Made by a program: the position numbers and the translations under genes. A DNA stretch of 64,000 nt. It comes from the human T2T-CHM13v2.0 reference genome, Homo sapiens. Shown in pieces: positions 30,291 to 45,518 of the stretch; the first letter of the stretch is position 1; each line of letters opens with the position of its first letter. Location: NCBI RefSeq assembly GCF_009914755.1, contig NC_060932.1. One strand, 5' to 3'. A model generated the notes under the pieces. It was not told the origin of the DNA. It did not search any database and saw only the letters and a program-made list of their open reading frames with translations.

Positions 30291-31954
30291 TGAAATAGTT
30301 GGAGTCTTACTGTTACTTGAAAACAAAAGAAAGTATTTCTGGTGTGAGACTGTGAATCAGGCCCACTAAAGTGTTCCTGCTCTCATAATGAATGTTCCTC
30401 ATGCAATATTTCACATGGTCAGGGAAGAAGGATTCATCTGTATCAATTTTAAATGCCATCAAAATGCATTAGCAGCCATATTCTTTGTATCAAATTCCAA
30501 AAAAGTATCAAAATATATAGTACATAATATTATATATGGTAACATATAATTTTAACTGTATAATGATAAATATATATCTTTAAATATAAAATGTTTTAAT
30601 AGAATAAAGCAGAGCTTAGTATATTTTCTTTTGTCTATTTAAATATTAAGACATTTCAGTCAAGCAGAATTGAAAGCCTATAGTTCTATTCCATTCATAA
30701 TATATTTCATATGATTGTAAAGGAAATCCCAGAACTTTATGAGATTGTATACACATTAATTCATAATCCCAGAACTTGGGAGATTGTGTACACATTAATA
30801 TTTGAAAAAAGTCTGGGATGTGCTTCAGTTTCTGTAAACTTTGAACTTCATGTACTTGAGATACCAGTGAACTCAGATGTAAAATTAGATGCATTCAGAA
30901 AACACAATGAGAGATGACAGAGGAACAAATCCCTTTCTAGTCTTAAGGAGAAGTATTTTCAGTAGATCTAATATGACATTCATTGCATATCTTCTGAGCC
31001 AGGTATGAAAAAATATAGAAATATGCTTAATAGACCAAATGACATTTAGGTTATGGGGAGAAAGTTTTCAGTTTGTTTTGGGTAAATATGAAATTTCTGC
31101 AGTGGGGTGAGTGAGAAGAAAGTTAATGATGTGGAATTTGCTGCATTAATATACTGGAAGATGGAGAGTTGGCCAAACTTGGATTCCAATCCCCACCCTT
31201 CCATTGACTAGCTTGAAAATATTAAGAAATTGCCCCCAACAGGCTTGATATTAATATTTTCAAGCCTGTTTTCTAATCTGTCCATTCAGGCTACTGATGC
31301 TTCACAGACTGTCATGAGCATTAGCTGAGAAGAGGTATGTATTATCCTCAGTATTTGCCTAACCTATAGAATGGCTAACCACAGAGATTTGTATCTGAAG
31401 ATGGGTTTCATGGAAGGTAGCTTTCGTGAGTTTTTCGGCAGAGCAACTTATTCAGAGAACAAAATTAACATCAAGAGTTTCTCCAGGGTGCTTGGTGTTG
31501 AGGCAACAGGCCCCACTGAGTAGAAAAGACGTAGAAGTAACTTGCATGAAATAGCTATGCAAAATGCAACTGGAAGAGCCTTGTTTGCACGCAGACATGT
31601 TCCTGAGAATAATGTAGATACTGCATTTGATTTCACACTAGTAAACATTATAAAGATAGAGACAATTGTTAAAAAAAAAAAAACTATCCAGAAGAATGTA
31701 CAGCTTCAGCTGTGCTTCCAGTCCTGGATTTAGCCCAAAGACAGAAAAGATAATTGCCCAGATCTGCTGAGAACAATGATACAAAAGGCCTACAAGTACC
31801 TCCAATGGGAGTATTTGAAGTAGGAACTTTTTATGCAATGTGTAATTGAAAGCTATTTGAAAAGTATCACAGTCAGGTCTGTTTTACTATGCCTTGAATG
31901 CTACCAGATTCTGTAGGCAGTTAATAAAGAATGGCTATTAAGTCATTTCTGTTA

Positions 31955-32272
<318 letters not shown>

Positions 32273-32323
32273 AGAAGTTGTAAATGAAATAGTAATTCCC
32301 CAAACTCAACATCTTTCCATGTA

Positions 32324-33305
32324 CTTTTTTTTCCTTCAACTTTTATTTTAAATTCTGGGATACATGTGCAGGATATGCAGGTTTGTTACATAGGTAAATG
32401 TGTGCCATGGTGGTTTACTGTACAGATCATCCCATCACCTAGGTATTAAGCCCAGGATCCATTAGCTATTCTTCCTGCTGTTCTCCCTCCCACAACACCA
32501 TACAACAGGCTCCAATGTGTGTTGTTCCCCCCACCCCCTTGCTCTATGTGTTCTCAGCGTTTAGCTTCCACTTACAAGTGAGAACATGCAGTGTTTGGTT
32601 TTCTGTTCTGGCATTAGTTTGCTGAGGCTAATGGCTTCCACCGTCATCCATGTCCCTGCAAAGGACATGATCTCATTCCTCTTTATGGCTGCATAGTATT
32701 CCATGGTTTATATATACCACATTTTCTTTATCCAGTCTATCACTGATGGACATTTGAGTTGATTCCATGTCTTTGCTATTGTGAATAGTGCTGCAATGAA
32801 CATATATGTGCATGCATCTTTATAATACCTTTGGGTGTATACCCAGTAATGGGATTGCTGGGTCAAATGGTATTTCTGCCTCTAGGTCTATGAGGAATTG
32901 CCATACTGTCTTCCGCAATGGTTGAACTAATTTACACTCTCACCAACAGTGTAAAAGTGTTTCCTTTTTCTCTGCAACCTCGTCAGCGTCTGTTATTTTT
33001 TGACTTTTTAATTGCCATTTTGACTGGTATGAGATGGTATCTCATTGTGGTTTTGATTTGCATTTATCTAATGATCAGTGATGTTGAGCTTTTTTTCATA
33101 GGCTTGTTGTCCATATGTATGTCTTCTTTTGAGAACTATCTGTTCATGTCCTTTGCCCATTTTTAAATGGGGTTGCTTGTTTTTTTTTCTTTTAAATTTG
33201 TAGACTCTGGATATTAGACCTTTGGCAGTTGGATAGATTGCAAAATTTTTCTTCCATTCTGCAGGTTGTCTGCTCTGATGATCATTTCTTTTGCTGTGTG
33301 GAAGC
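32324..33305 (-). mobile_element. 5'-truncated primate L1 (L1PA-type 3' end)
   Basis: Antisense 3'UTR and ORF2 end (TACATGTGCAGGATATGCAGGTTTGTTACATAGGTAAA; GAGATGGTATCTCATTGTGGTTTTGATTTGCATTT); TSD TCTTTCCATGTA. Confidence 0.93.
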
Positions 33306-36300
33306 TCTTTCCATGTATTTTAATAAACACTGCATATGCCAATATTTAAAGTTTTTAATATGAGAAACTAATAGCTAGTTTCTTGCTTGGTAATATATCT
33401 AATCCAGGTTGGAATGACAACATAGTTTACAGGGAAAAGTTGACATTTAAACTTTTGTGTTTGCTTTAATAACGCTCTTGGTAGAAGAAAACAAATCTCA
33501 TAGAGATATGCTTACAGTAAGGAAGGAAGAGATTTCAAAGCAATTTCTCCATAAAATCCCAGTGAAGTTGTATTGCAATCAATAAATTACATATAAAAAC
33601 ATCAATTTTATTTCTCTAATTTAGTTAATAATGTTAAACTATCATTTTTAAAAGTCTGATTAAAAATTAAAATATTGCAGAGATGACAGATTTTAAATAA
33701 AGATGGCTACTTAAGTTTTTTTTCAGTTTTTATACACTTTTGGTTTATAATTAACAAACATTACTTCTTGTGATGTGGCCCTACTGTGCATGATGATGGT
33801 GCAACCGCATGTGACTTGTTGCTCTAGTCTCTCCTCTGGTGAATAAGACAAAGGCTTTTGAATGTTTGTGTGTCAGGGCAGTATAAATTGTTACACAGTT
33901 TGCATTGACCAAATCTAGTTTTTAAATTCAATTTTAGACTTTTTTAGAAATCTAATTTCTAAATTCTCACTTACAATTTCTTTACTGAAGGCTGCAAGCT
34001 GTATTTTGAGTGACAATGAGCTAGGGGACATAGGTTGGGATTTTTTTTTTAAAGCTGCTGAGAGATGTAGCTTTGGCCTATTATATATCTGTGTGTGTTC
34101 TTTAAACAGGGAAGGAAATTGGAAATTGAGCTGAGAGCAGATTCTGAAAGAGGGAGAGCAAGTTTGCTTTACGCCCAGGTGAAAAAATGTCATTGAAAAC
34201 AACACTGGGGAAGGGGTCACCCTATAGTAGAAAAGCAGGTTCAGAAAGAGCCAGTGTTAGCAGTTTCTGTTTTCCCATAAAGGAAAGGCTGCACAAGTTG
34301 GGTTCATCCAACACTTGCCAGGCAAAGAAGGACACGCCCCTGACTCCTGAGTACTAGATGCATATTTCCTGCAGGAAGGAGCTTTGTCTCTTGTCTGCTG
34401 CTCTACAGAATATTGCTTTGTACCTTAATAGATGCTCAAAATATATTTGTTGAAATAATTGACTGAAAGTATTAAGAACACATCCTTATGTCCAGAATTC
34501 ATAATGTGTGATTAGTATTTTTTGTTATTCTCATGTTTCTATTGTTGAATGCCACAGGGTTTCAGGAAGGTTAGACAGATTTTACATAGTTTATCAACAA
34601 TAAGAACAAGTGAAAAAAAATCTCTTAAGTCTCATATCATTTACCTCCTCACTGCTGGCAGAATCAATGATAAATAAGATTGTCTCTATTTCTCCTCTTC
34701 CCACCTTTTGTCTATTTTCTCCTCCTCTGTTTTCTTCTTTCATCAATTGTTTCCTTCATTCAATTACTATTCATATCTGCTGAGTAATCTCCCAACTGCT
34801 ATTTCTATTGTTCATACCTCCCCCTCTTTTCAGGGAATTAAATACCTTTCCAGACTTAAATTCTATGATCAAAATGGGACATTCCTTTTCTCACCCTTAA
34901 GATTCTCCTTATGTCTTAAAGACTCTTCATTCACTTTGCCTCTCTAATACATCCTTGTCCTAGTGTGTTTTTCCAGCACTCTGCTAAACCTTTGTAGATC
35001 ACTCACTGCACTGGATTATAATTATATCTTTATTTTCCTCTTTTCTAAACCACACCATTGGTTCTTTACAGATGAATATTGTCTTATTTTTACCTTTTTA
35101 TCCCTAGCACTTGGTGCTGCCTGATTTATGAATTATTTGTTTATGAACAAATAAGTGAATACACAAATCTGGAGTTCAGAGTTATGAGTTTACAGATTTG
35201 GGTCCCTAAGAGGAAAACAAGATGGCCTGGGAAAAGTTTCAAAGTGTGAATAGTGAGGCAAGCAGAACCTAAGAAAACAGATGCTTATGGGATAGGCAGT
35301 GAAGAGGACACAGAGTAGGTAAAGCAGGGAAAGTAGGTGAGCACCAACAAGGTGCCAGGGCAAAGTCAAAAGGGCAAGGGAATAGAGAATTTGAAGGAGT
35401 GGGTGCTACATTTAAGAAGAGATTCAGGACTTGATATCTAGAAAGTATCCACTGGATTGGACCAATGCAGTCATTGGCGTCCTTAGAGGGAATGGTTCTC
35501 GTAGGATGACAGTCCGCTGAGGAGAGTGGGTTGAAGATTTGGAAGTGGGATTAGCAGATTGGACTTCTTCAGGAGAAATTTGAATGGAAAAGGAGAGGAG
35601 TTATTGGACTATGTCTAGAAGGGGCAGGGAGTGAATGAATATTTATTTCTTCACTAGAATGAACTTGGTCAAGCTTACATTTCTTTGCAGGGAAGATTCA
35701 ATATTGCATGAGATTGTCCCTTGTTATTCATTATTAATTTTCATTTTGTCTTTAAATTATTTACTTTTGATTCATTAACAATATTTACTGAGCAACTGCT
35801 CTCTGTCGGTTAGTTGCCTAGGTATTGAGCTTAAGGCGATAAACATGACAAAGTCCATGTCCTCATGCAGAGTATGTTCAATTCCAGCTATTTCCTTAAG
35901 ATTCACCTTTGATCGGTCTGTTCATCTGAGGAGTGAAGTTACCAAACGGGTATCAAAAGGAAGCTTCAATTATTTGATATATTTCTCTTACGGTATTCAC
36001 AATGTCTCTAAATACTGCTAGTGACATCTTTCTAATGTCTGTATATCTATAATTCTAGCCATATTCCATTTTTCCTGGCCTTCCCTCTGTAGCAGATGTC
36101 TACAGCTATTTATAAGATGAGACTCATTCCTGAATTGTCTGCCTTAATATCTTAGAAGATGGTGACAATTCCATACTGCTTCAGTTGATTTGAATTAAGC
36201 ACTTTGGAAGTTTAAAATAGGGTAGAGACCTGGTTTGTCTTTCTCAGTCAGCTATCTTTTTCCTATTATAACTACAATTTATAAGATAAATAGTGAAAAG

Positions 36301-37379
36301 GGATGTATGTTTTGTGATGGAGAAAATTTATTATGCTTGGCAGGTTTTTTTCTTGAGCAACAGCTACCATCCATGATGGATAATTTTCAGTATTTTTTGA
36401 TATGAAATCTTACTTGAAAGAAGATACATTGTCCTTGGAAATTGTTTGGAGCTATTATTCATCAATAAATTTTGGAAATTAATTATACATTTATTTATTC
36501 AACCAAAATATGTTGACCACTCACTGTGTACCTGGTGCTGTGTGTTGGGATAAAAGAGAAACTGTACATTGTCTCTGTTTTCAAGGTACTTATGGTTTAG
36601 TGGGGAAATAAAAATGTCAACAAATCCTTACGTCACAGCAGATACTGAAGCAGCAGATACTGAAGTTAAGGGATGTGCCAGGTGCTGGGGTATAGGGAAA
36701 AACTACTGACTTGAAAGATACAGGCAAAGTTTGAGTGAGGAGGTGATGTGGAAGATGAGTCTGGAAGAATGAATAATAATAATAAGCAATGTTGAGTGAC
36801 TTACTGTACTTAAGGATCTTGAATTTTGCCAAATAAAGGAAAGCTCAGCCTCTTATTGATTCTAGTGCAAAAGTATATAAGCTAAGAGTTAAGCACTTAA
36901 AATCTCAGTATAATAGCATGCAACCATGTTTAGTCTTTTCTTAGAACTGAACAAGAATTTTGCTGTGTCATTTCTTGCTAGAGTAATTTATAGGTAAAAC
37001 GGTGCTATTGTCATCACACTTATTGTGTGACTTGCAAGGGAGACCCTGAGAATATTTTTCTCTTGACTATAGTTGTCTCTCACTGAAGGAGAGATTGGTA
37101 AGCATACTCACTCTCTAATTTTAAGTTCTGATGATTGTTAAATACTTTCCTTTAAGTATTATGTTTCAATGTTAATGGAGTTGTAGCTAATATTTATAAG
37201 CTTAAGAGTAATTCCTCCTGCATATAAAGAATCCTCTTAAAAATGTACATAATGATTTAATCTGTCTTTAAAATTAAACTCTGTAATACATTTTCCTCTG
37301 TTAGATTTTATGTATATATATAGTTTCATAGTGTAAGTATAGTAACTTCAACCCTTTCTAGCTCTCATGAAATAAAGTT

Positions 37380-37910
37380 CGATTCAGTTCAATACTACAT
37401 TAAGAAGTATTAGGTACATGCCATGTTTCAGGCACTCATTGCCTTGCATTATGGGATTGCAAATTTAAAAAATGGGTCTCTGCCCACTGAGAGTGCATAA
37501 TTTAGCACAAGGAACAGGATGAGTGCAACTCAGTATAATAGAGCTGGATAAATTTGTTTCAGTGGAGAAGTTCTCAAGATGTCACATTTGAGCTAAGTTT
37601 TGAAGAATCAGTAGAGTTTTGCCAAGCAGAAGGAGGTGAGAGGGAATTCCAGGCAGGAGAGAACCATATGCAAAAAGGTGGGAAAACTTGCATGTGGATG
37701 GTGTGTTGGGGGAGATCAAGTAAGGACATGGCAAGGCACGGTGTTGAGAGATGGAATGGGAAGTTTGTTGGCAAATAATTAGGAAGGCCCTTGAATGCTT
37801 GGCTAAAATGTGAGGCTTTTGGCACCGGAGAAATTTAAATGATATTAAAGCAAGGTAATGAAATGATTGTATTTATGCTTTACAAAGGTATTTTTAGAGA
37901 TAGATTGGAG
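37380..37910. mobile_element. L2 fragment
   Basis: GTCACATTTGAGCTAAGTTTTGAAGAATCAGTAGAGTTT..., AAGCAAGGTAATGAAATGAT. Confidence 0.55.
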
Positions 37911-40900
37911 TTAAATAGGGTATACAGAGAAAGGACATGGTGGAAAAAGATCCAACCCATGAACTTGCTATTCATAGTGTCATTGTAAGAATTTTATTAT
38001 TTTGAACCTAAAAAGTTATTCTTTGGTATGAAAATGCAGAATTATCTTGAAACACAATTATCAAATGAAATAGAATTATTTTGAAATAATTGGCTTGACT
38101 TTAATGTTTTTGTATATGACTTGCCTTTAATGTTTTTCCTAGGTATAATGAGATGTTTTGAAAGGATTTGCTTCTTTTCCTGTCCATTTCCATGGAGATA
38201 ATATTCCCTAATGGCAGGACATTGTGTTGCCATTCGAAAATATGTGTATATGCAGTATTTTAACAGTAGGTGGCATCCACAGTGATATGTACATATCGCA
38301 GGAGCAGGAGAAGGAATGTCACCTTAGCAGAATCATAAAAAAGAGAGCAAAAATCAAAGTGGAGTGACGGAGCATTTGGAAAGCAGAGAATAGGATTTCA
38401 ACCTAGTCAGGTCACTAATGGAGGCTTCTCAAAAAGGAGAAGAGTGAGAGTATTGACAGCAGTGAAGAGTAGAGAGGTGTGTCTCCACTACCTCTCACAA
38501 CATCATTACATTTTCAGGGGATAAAAGAAGTCAGGGAAATGCTTTTTTAAAAAATATGGTAAAGTCTTACTTTCTATAGTCACATTTATTGTCTTGTCTT
38601 GTTAATATTCTAGCAGGTTTTTTAAACACTCAAGTAGAAATGAAGCTGTTAATTGGTAATAGGCAGTTCAATGACAACTGTGACCCTAGGTGCTCCATTT
38701 TTGTCAGGCCAAAAGACATCCAGGCAAATAGAAGATTATCTCATTATTCAGAATTTCTCTTCACGTAACTTTAAGTAAAATGCATACCAGAGAAGTCAAT
38801 GCTGATGCTTATGGGCATGGGGAAGGTAGGTGGGATAGAGGTGCAAATTAATATTCTCCCACCTTTCCACTCATCGTCGTGTATTATTTAACCACATGTG
38901 GCCGCAGGTTGAACCTGTCTGGTGATTTTCATTTATACAAGAGATCAGTGTCTCTTCATGAGAATTTTTTATAGATTTATATTTTCCTAATTTAGGTGCT
39001 GTAGTAGTAAAGTTCAGTTTAACAGTGAAACTCATAGAGATACCCAGTCACACCTGTAGTCAACTGCTGTACCATTATAATGACATATCTAATCATGTCT
39101 ATAAATGATATCTGTAATTGATTAAACACTGTTACCATTCTTTTCTGAAATGCAGAACACTTGATCAAATCCAAAATACTTGTAAAATGCATAAAAGCAA
39201 CCTAATACCGTTTAGAATATTTTGGGATAGGAAGCAATATCAGGAGAAGTATATATCTGTCTGACCAAGTGAGAACTTTCTGTAAATGATTATAAATATG
39301 GAGAATATCTCATAAGCAATGGTCTGGAGAAGAAGCAAGAGTATAGCAGAAATCTGGGCTGAATAGTATAGTTCCTTCTTATTTACAAAGCACGAGGCTC
39401 TTAGGCCTTAATCATCTCTCTTAAGAATTGGATATCCTCCATCATGCCAAGAAACGGGGGGAAAAAGTTTGCCAGATGAGAAGAATGCCATTTTTGTCAC
39501 TGATTTAACCTCTGTATATTTCCTATGACAAAATAAATTGGTTTAAATATTTTAAATAAGGCAATTGCATTATCTTTCCTTGTGTGAAAAAGTGAGCATC
39601 CCTGGAGCACCAGCTTAACCCTATTGAGCTAGGATTCTCATTACTTACCCATTTGATAAAGCACTTTCCTGATTCTTAAATTAGTATGTTAACTTACATA
39701 ACTGTCTAAACCAATCTCAGCGTTCCTCAGACTCCTTTACTCTGTCTCACGGCAAACATCAGTTCCCTATTTATATTACCACAGTCTTGTTTTGAATGCT
39801 GAATGATTCTTTCCTTTTTAGGGTCTCTCGCAGCATTCAGTTCTCTCAATTTTCATATTTGATGAGTCATGTATTTCCTCTCGTTCATCCTTTTGTTTTT
39901 CCTTTTTCTGCTGATAGCTAAGTGTTAATTTTGTAGTGCTTCTTCACTGCTTACCAAGTTAATTACAAATCTTTGGTTTGATATTTAATTTCCTTATAAT
40001 GTGGATTCAGCCTACTTAGCCAGCCTTCTCTCTCTCTCTACCTTACATGAACCCAGTCTTCAGTCACATTGGCTCCACTCATTCTGTACCTGCTCTGTTG
40101 TTTAGGGCATTGCTTCCACTTGAAATACAGCTTTCCCAGTTTGACCTGTCAGAATTCTACCCATGCGTCAAAGTCTAACTCCTATGCCATATTCTTATGT
40201 GGCCTTCCTTCTGTAGACCCAATGACTCTTTATACCTTTAATTTCACCTATCACTTCCCTGTCTTGCATTATAAATACCTGTGTATTTGTCTTCTTGATT
40301 AGATGGTATGCAATAAATGCCAAGATTTCTTTCATTGTAGTTTTTTGACTGGATATATTTATACCACTGCTTACTATAACTTACATTTTACCACCTCTCT
40401 CATTGGTATTTTATCCTATAGGGACTAAATGAAAGAAATAGTGTCATAATATATTTATTTTACATGGCAGAGTTAACTGACGAAGTTATGACAGTGAGGC
40501 CTGCTGTATGCCAGCATGAAAGGAAACATACTCTGCAGCCCATATAAAATAGTAGCCATACTTTCAAAATGTCTTAATAAGATTTTCTATACTCAGACAA
40601 AGGACCATGATGTCATTCTTACTAACCTCAGAAGCATAATAAAATATGGTTAGTTTTGGCATTCATCAAATTTTGCCATTAACTTTTCCCATAAAATTTG
40701 ATTAAGGAGCATTGCAAGACTTTTTTAATTAAAGAAAGTGCTTTGGATATTTATGTCCTGTCCACAGTTTGTCAAATTCTGAAAGATACTGAAGTTCTTC
40801 AGATACCTGTAAACATTATGATTGGTAAAATATCTGAACAATTTTTTCTGATGAGAAATACCTGAAATTAGTTGTAGCCTCAAGTATAAATTCTTATTTT

Positions 40901-41206
40901 AAAAAATAATTGAATTAAAAAATTATTGGCTATTTATATTACATAGGAGTATCAAAGTGGCTTTATTTTCTGGTTATTTCTCTGGACTTCATCCATGCAT
41001 AGATATGCTTTATAATATTTTATTGCTTTCCATTACCATGGATTAACAAATCTTAACTGCTAGCACAAGTCTGGATGAGCCAATATATCTAATTCTAAAT
41101 TTTCAGTAAACGTTTGTCTTTTAAGAGTATTTTAAATGTTTTAAAAAATGTGTAAAAAAAGCTTAAGAAACACTGGATGTTTTTCTATCTTAGTTCTGCT
41201 ATATAG

Positions 41207-41515
<309 letters not shown>

Positions 41516-43207
41516 TATAGCAGTTTTAAAAAGGCAGATTGTTGCTAAATAAAGTTTCACTTGATGTGGGCTACATTTTAGACCTTTAAAAGTTATTTCT
41601 GTAACTTATTTTTTTCCTTTAAACATTCGCACCATTGAATAGTTGAAGACTTGTATCAAGTCAATTTAAGTGAATGTCGCAGAATCAGATCAACATGATC
41701 TAAACAGCTCTTAACTGGCTGAATCAATGACAACTTTTTTTTTTTTTTAAGGAACATCTTTTTCAGAAAGAACAGAGTGCTCCATGCAACCAGCTGTTTC
41801 TGTAGCAATGCTTCCCTTAGGTGGTACTGATGAGCTATGGGCTGCTTTTACAGAATAGTTTTCTTCCCAGATAATTCAAGGTTTAGAAGAGCTGCACCTA
41901 GTTAAGCCGTTTAAATGACAGTCTTCTTTCCTTTACCCTGAAAAACATTCTTTTCTTTTTAGGCCTAAATTCTACTTGCACACTGATCATGAAATTACAT
42001 AGATTCCAAATATCTACTTAATTTTTATTTCTTAACATGTGTCATAAAATATTTTAGATTACCTCCACGGAAAGCAGGAAGGCTTTGGCCTTAATATTAT
42101 GCCTTATCATGGCTAAAAATTGTCCAATGATGCTTCCCACTGTGTGTACTTGAGTTATAGTTATTATTGTCTATTGAATGAGTCCTATATGCTTATCACA
42201 CTAATGATCATTTCATATGCATTAATTTAATCTTCAACATCATGCTATGTCAGGCAATTCTAATATCCATTTTGAAAATAAGAAAACTGACCCTATGACA
42301 GGCTAAATAATTTGACTGTGACTTGTATACTATTTTTTACCACATTGCTTTTTCTACCAAGTTTACTTGAGAAAAGGCATGAAGACATCTGATCGAGGTA
42401 CTTCTGTGCGTTCCAGCTTTGAGATGCCGCCTCTGTTCCAAGCATGTAACAAATGCTAGATAAAATATGAGGATAGGAAATGCAAAAATCACAGCTGGGC
42501 TCAAAAACAGTTTGTTATCTCTGTGGCCCAAGAATGGAAATGAAATGCAAGTGATGAGTTGTGGGCTACACTGAGGCCTCTGGCCTGCTGGACTCTGGAG
42601 GTGGACAGAGGGGGCTGGGACAGCGTTTGCAGAGCAATAGGACATGAATGTTATTGTACACTAGGTGGAAATCCAGAGCTAGCCTCACCATTTGAAACCA
42701 GGTAGTAGAGGACTCCACTTCTGAATGAAATATGAAAGTATGAAAAATCTGCTGATCACTGTTGCTTGAGACTAGCTTTTGTGATGCTTGGTGTTTAAGA
42801 TGGGAAGAGGAAGTTGTTTTAGGCATGGCCCTGAACTACTGAACCAAACTCAACCAAATCACTCACTAGTTTGGGGACATGACTGGTGATAATCCAGATG
42901 TCAAAACAATGTCATAGATCAGATATGCAACTGCTTACAAATGTGTGATCCTGGGCACAAAACCATTTTTAAGAGGATGATGAGAGAGAGAGAGGATGGA
43001 GCTATATCAAAAAAACTAAATAAAAATAATTTAAAAACCATCCCACTTCAAATGAACTTACAAAACATAATTCCAAAGCACATGAGGAAACCTAGCAGTA
43101 AGAAAGACAGCCAACAAAATGGACCATTAAAATGAATTTTCCCCAGAAGATTTAATAGATCGAAACAGGCTTGCAAAGTCTATTTTGGATGCCCAAAGGA
43201 ATGCCAT

Positions 43208-43561
43208 TGTATTAGTCTGTTCTCATGTTGCTAATAAAGACATACTTGAGACTGGGTAATTTATAAAGGAAAAAGGTTTAATGGACTCATAGTTCCACGT
43301 GGCTGGGGAGGCCTCACAATCATGGCTGAAGGCAAATGAGGAGCAAGGTCACATCTTACATGGAGGCAGGCAAGAGAGCTTGTGCAGGGGAACTCTCATA
43401 TACAAAACCATCAGATCTTGTGAGACTTGCTCACTACCAGGAGAACAGTATGGGGGAAACAACCCCCATGATTCAATTATCTCCATCTGGCCCCACCCTT
43501 GACACGTGAGGATTATAACAATTCAGTGAGACTTGGATGGGGACACAGCCAAACCATATCA
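43208..43561 (-). mobile_element. THE1 solo LTR
   Basis: TGTATTAGTCTGTTCTCATGTTGCTAATAAAGACATAC ... CCAAACCATATCA; TSD GCCAT. Confidence 0.92.
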
Positions 43562-45037
43562 GCCATCCATAAAGAAACAAAAATGTCAAGTTATTATTTA
43601 TTTACAAATATTTATTAAGATCATACTATGTTCCACATACTATTACAGGTGCTAGAGATGCAGAAATGAATAAAAATAAATAAAATCCTTAGCTACTAGA
43701 GGATTTGCATTCTAGTGGGGAGTTTACATTTTAGTGGCAGAAATGAAATAAGAATAGGTGAACAGGAGGCTTCCACTGTATTTGTAATATTTTATTTATT
43801 TAAAAGGCGAAGCAAAAGAACAAAATGCTCAGACTTGTTAAAGCATGGTGCATAAGTGGGTTTTCACAGTTTAATCCTACATAAGTACCTGTACAATTGA
43901 CGTGAAAGGACACACAGACCTTTCAGTAGAACATGAATTGTTGGACATAGCAATAATATTTAAAACGTCCAGTCTTCTGGCAATGAGGCAAGTTCCATGG
44001 CCATTTACCTCTGTGGCTCCCAACTTGCTTAGGGTAAAACCTTATCAGGGCCTGTAAGGTCCTGGGGTCTACCTCTCTGGCCTAACTTGCTCTTTCACTC
44101 TGCCCCAGCTCCTGCCCCATTGCATGTTCCTCACACAATTCAAGCTCATTTCCTTTTATGATGACAGCACTCCTCTCGGATTATATCTCTTTCAGATACT
44201 GGGGAAAATCTTGAAAATTTTAAAATGATGTCTCAAATGAGACCTTTGATTTTCATCATGGAAATAATCCCTCAGTCTTTTATTTTGCTCTTGATCTAGT
44301 GCTTTTATAGACACTAATTCACTCAGCTAGTTAGAACTGTATTTCATGGCACTTGATGGATGTTCCACTTTGCAGTGGCTCATGTCACCATGACCCAGTC
44401 TGGTGGGTTGCTGCCTGGGGTTGCTGTAGCCCCCACACTCCCATCAGTGTTATGTGCTTAGGCTGAGGGAACTGCAGATGGTACCTGGAAATCTCTTAGG
44501 AATGCAAAGAGAGTTATAATGAGTAACAGCCAATCTTGGATGCTGAGTTGTTTACAAAACTTTTTGAGGAGGATTCAATATGTATTTTAGACAAGAAGGA
44601 ACTGCTTCTCAATAAAGATGAGCATAATTGTCATTTTGGAAGTTAGTCTTTAGAGCTAAAGCATTCATAATTTAAAGTGTAAAGCTTGAATAATCCATGT
44701 TACTTTATTTTAAAAAGACAAAACACTATTGCTAGTAATGGGAATATCACTGTGTGTGGGTGTGAACACATATGTTCAGTGGGACTCAAAAATCCCACAC
44801 AGGGTATAGCGTTGTCACTCACTGATTTTGCCCAATTATACTGTGAATTTGATAATAATTTACCAACACTTTGAAGTCCTACAGATGCTCTGAAACAACA
44901 ATATAATCAGCTTTTATTTGAATATCTAATATGACAACTCACTCTAATATCATGGGACTTATTTTGTTCCACCGACATTAAAATGTCACATTCTAGAAAT
45001 GTGAAGTTTGTCACCTCATCAAAAATAGATACTAGAT

Positions 45038-45518
45038 GGTGAATTTGAATGTATTTAATGCCATTGAACTGTATGCTTGAGAATGTTCAAAACGGCGTAA
45101 TATGCAGCTGTAAAAAACAATGAGATTATGTGCCTTGTAGCAACATGGATGGAGCTGGAGGCATTATCCTAAGTGAAATAACTCAGAAACAGAAAATTTA
45201 ATACCATATGTTCCCACTTACACAGAGATAGAAGCAATAGACACTGAGGGTTGAAAAGCAATACACACTTTTCACAACCCCCTTCCCACCTCTTCCCACT
45301 TGTGGAGAGGTAGGAAGGGGATGAGGGTTGAAAACTTACCTATTGGGTACAATGGTCACTATTTGAGTGATGGGTACAGTAGAAGCCCAAATCCCACCAT
45401 TATGTAATATATCCATGTAAAAAACATGTATGTATACCCTCTGAATCTAAAATAAATTAAAAGAATGGTTAAAATGCTAAATTTTGTATTATACTGTATA
45501 CATTTTACCATCACTAAA
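45038..45518 (+). mobile_element. nested L1 3' ends: short old L1M tail containing a younger L1 3' fragment (~45098-45460)
   Basis: Outer: AATGTATTTAATGCCATTGAACTGTA ... GGTTAAAATG..TTTTACCA, TSD AAAAATAGATACTAGAT. Inner: GCAACATGGATGGAGCTGGAGGCATTATCCTAAGTGAAATAACTCAG ... CCCTCTGAATCTAAAATAAA. Confidence 0.8.

Noticed and set aside
36636-36665. Tandem CAGCAGATACTGAAG x2 (and a similar 20-bp pair near 3081-3120)
   Set aside because: Ordinary slippage duplications.
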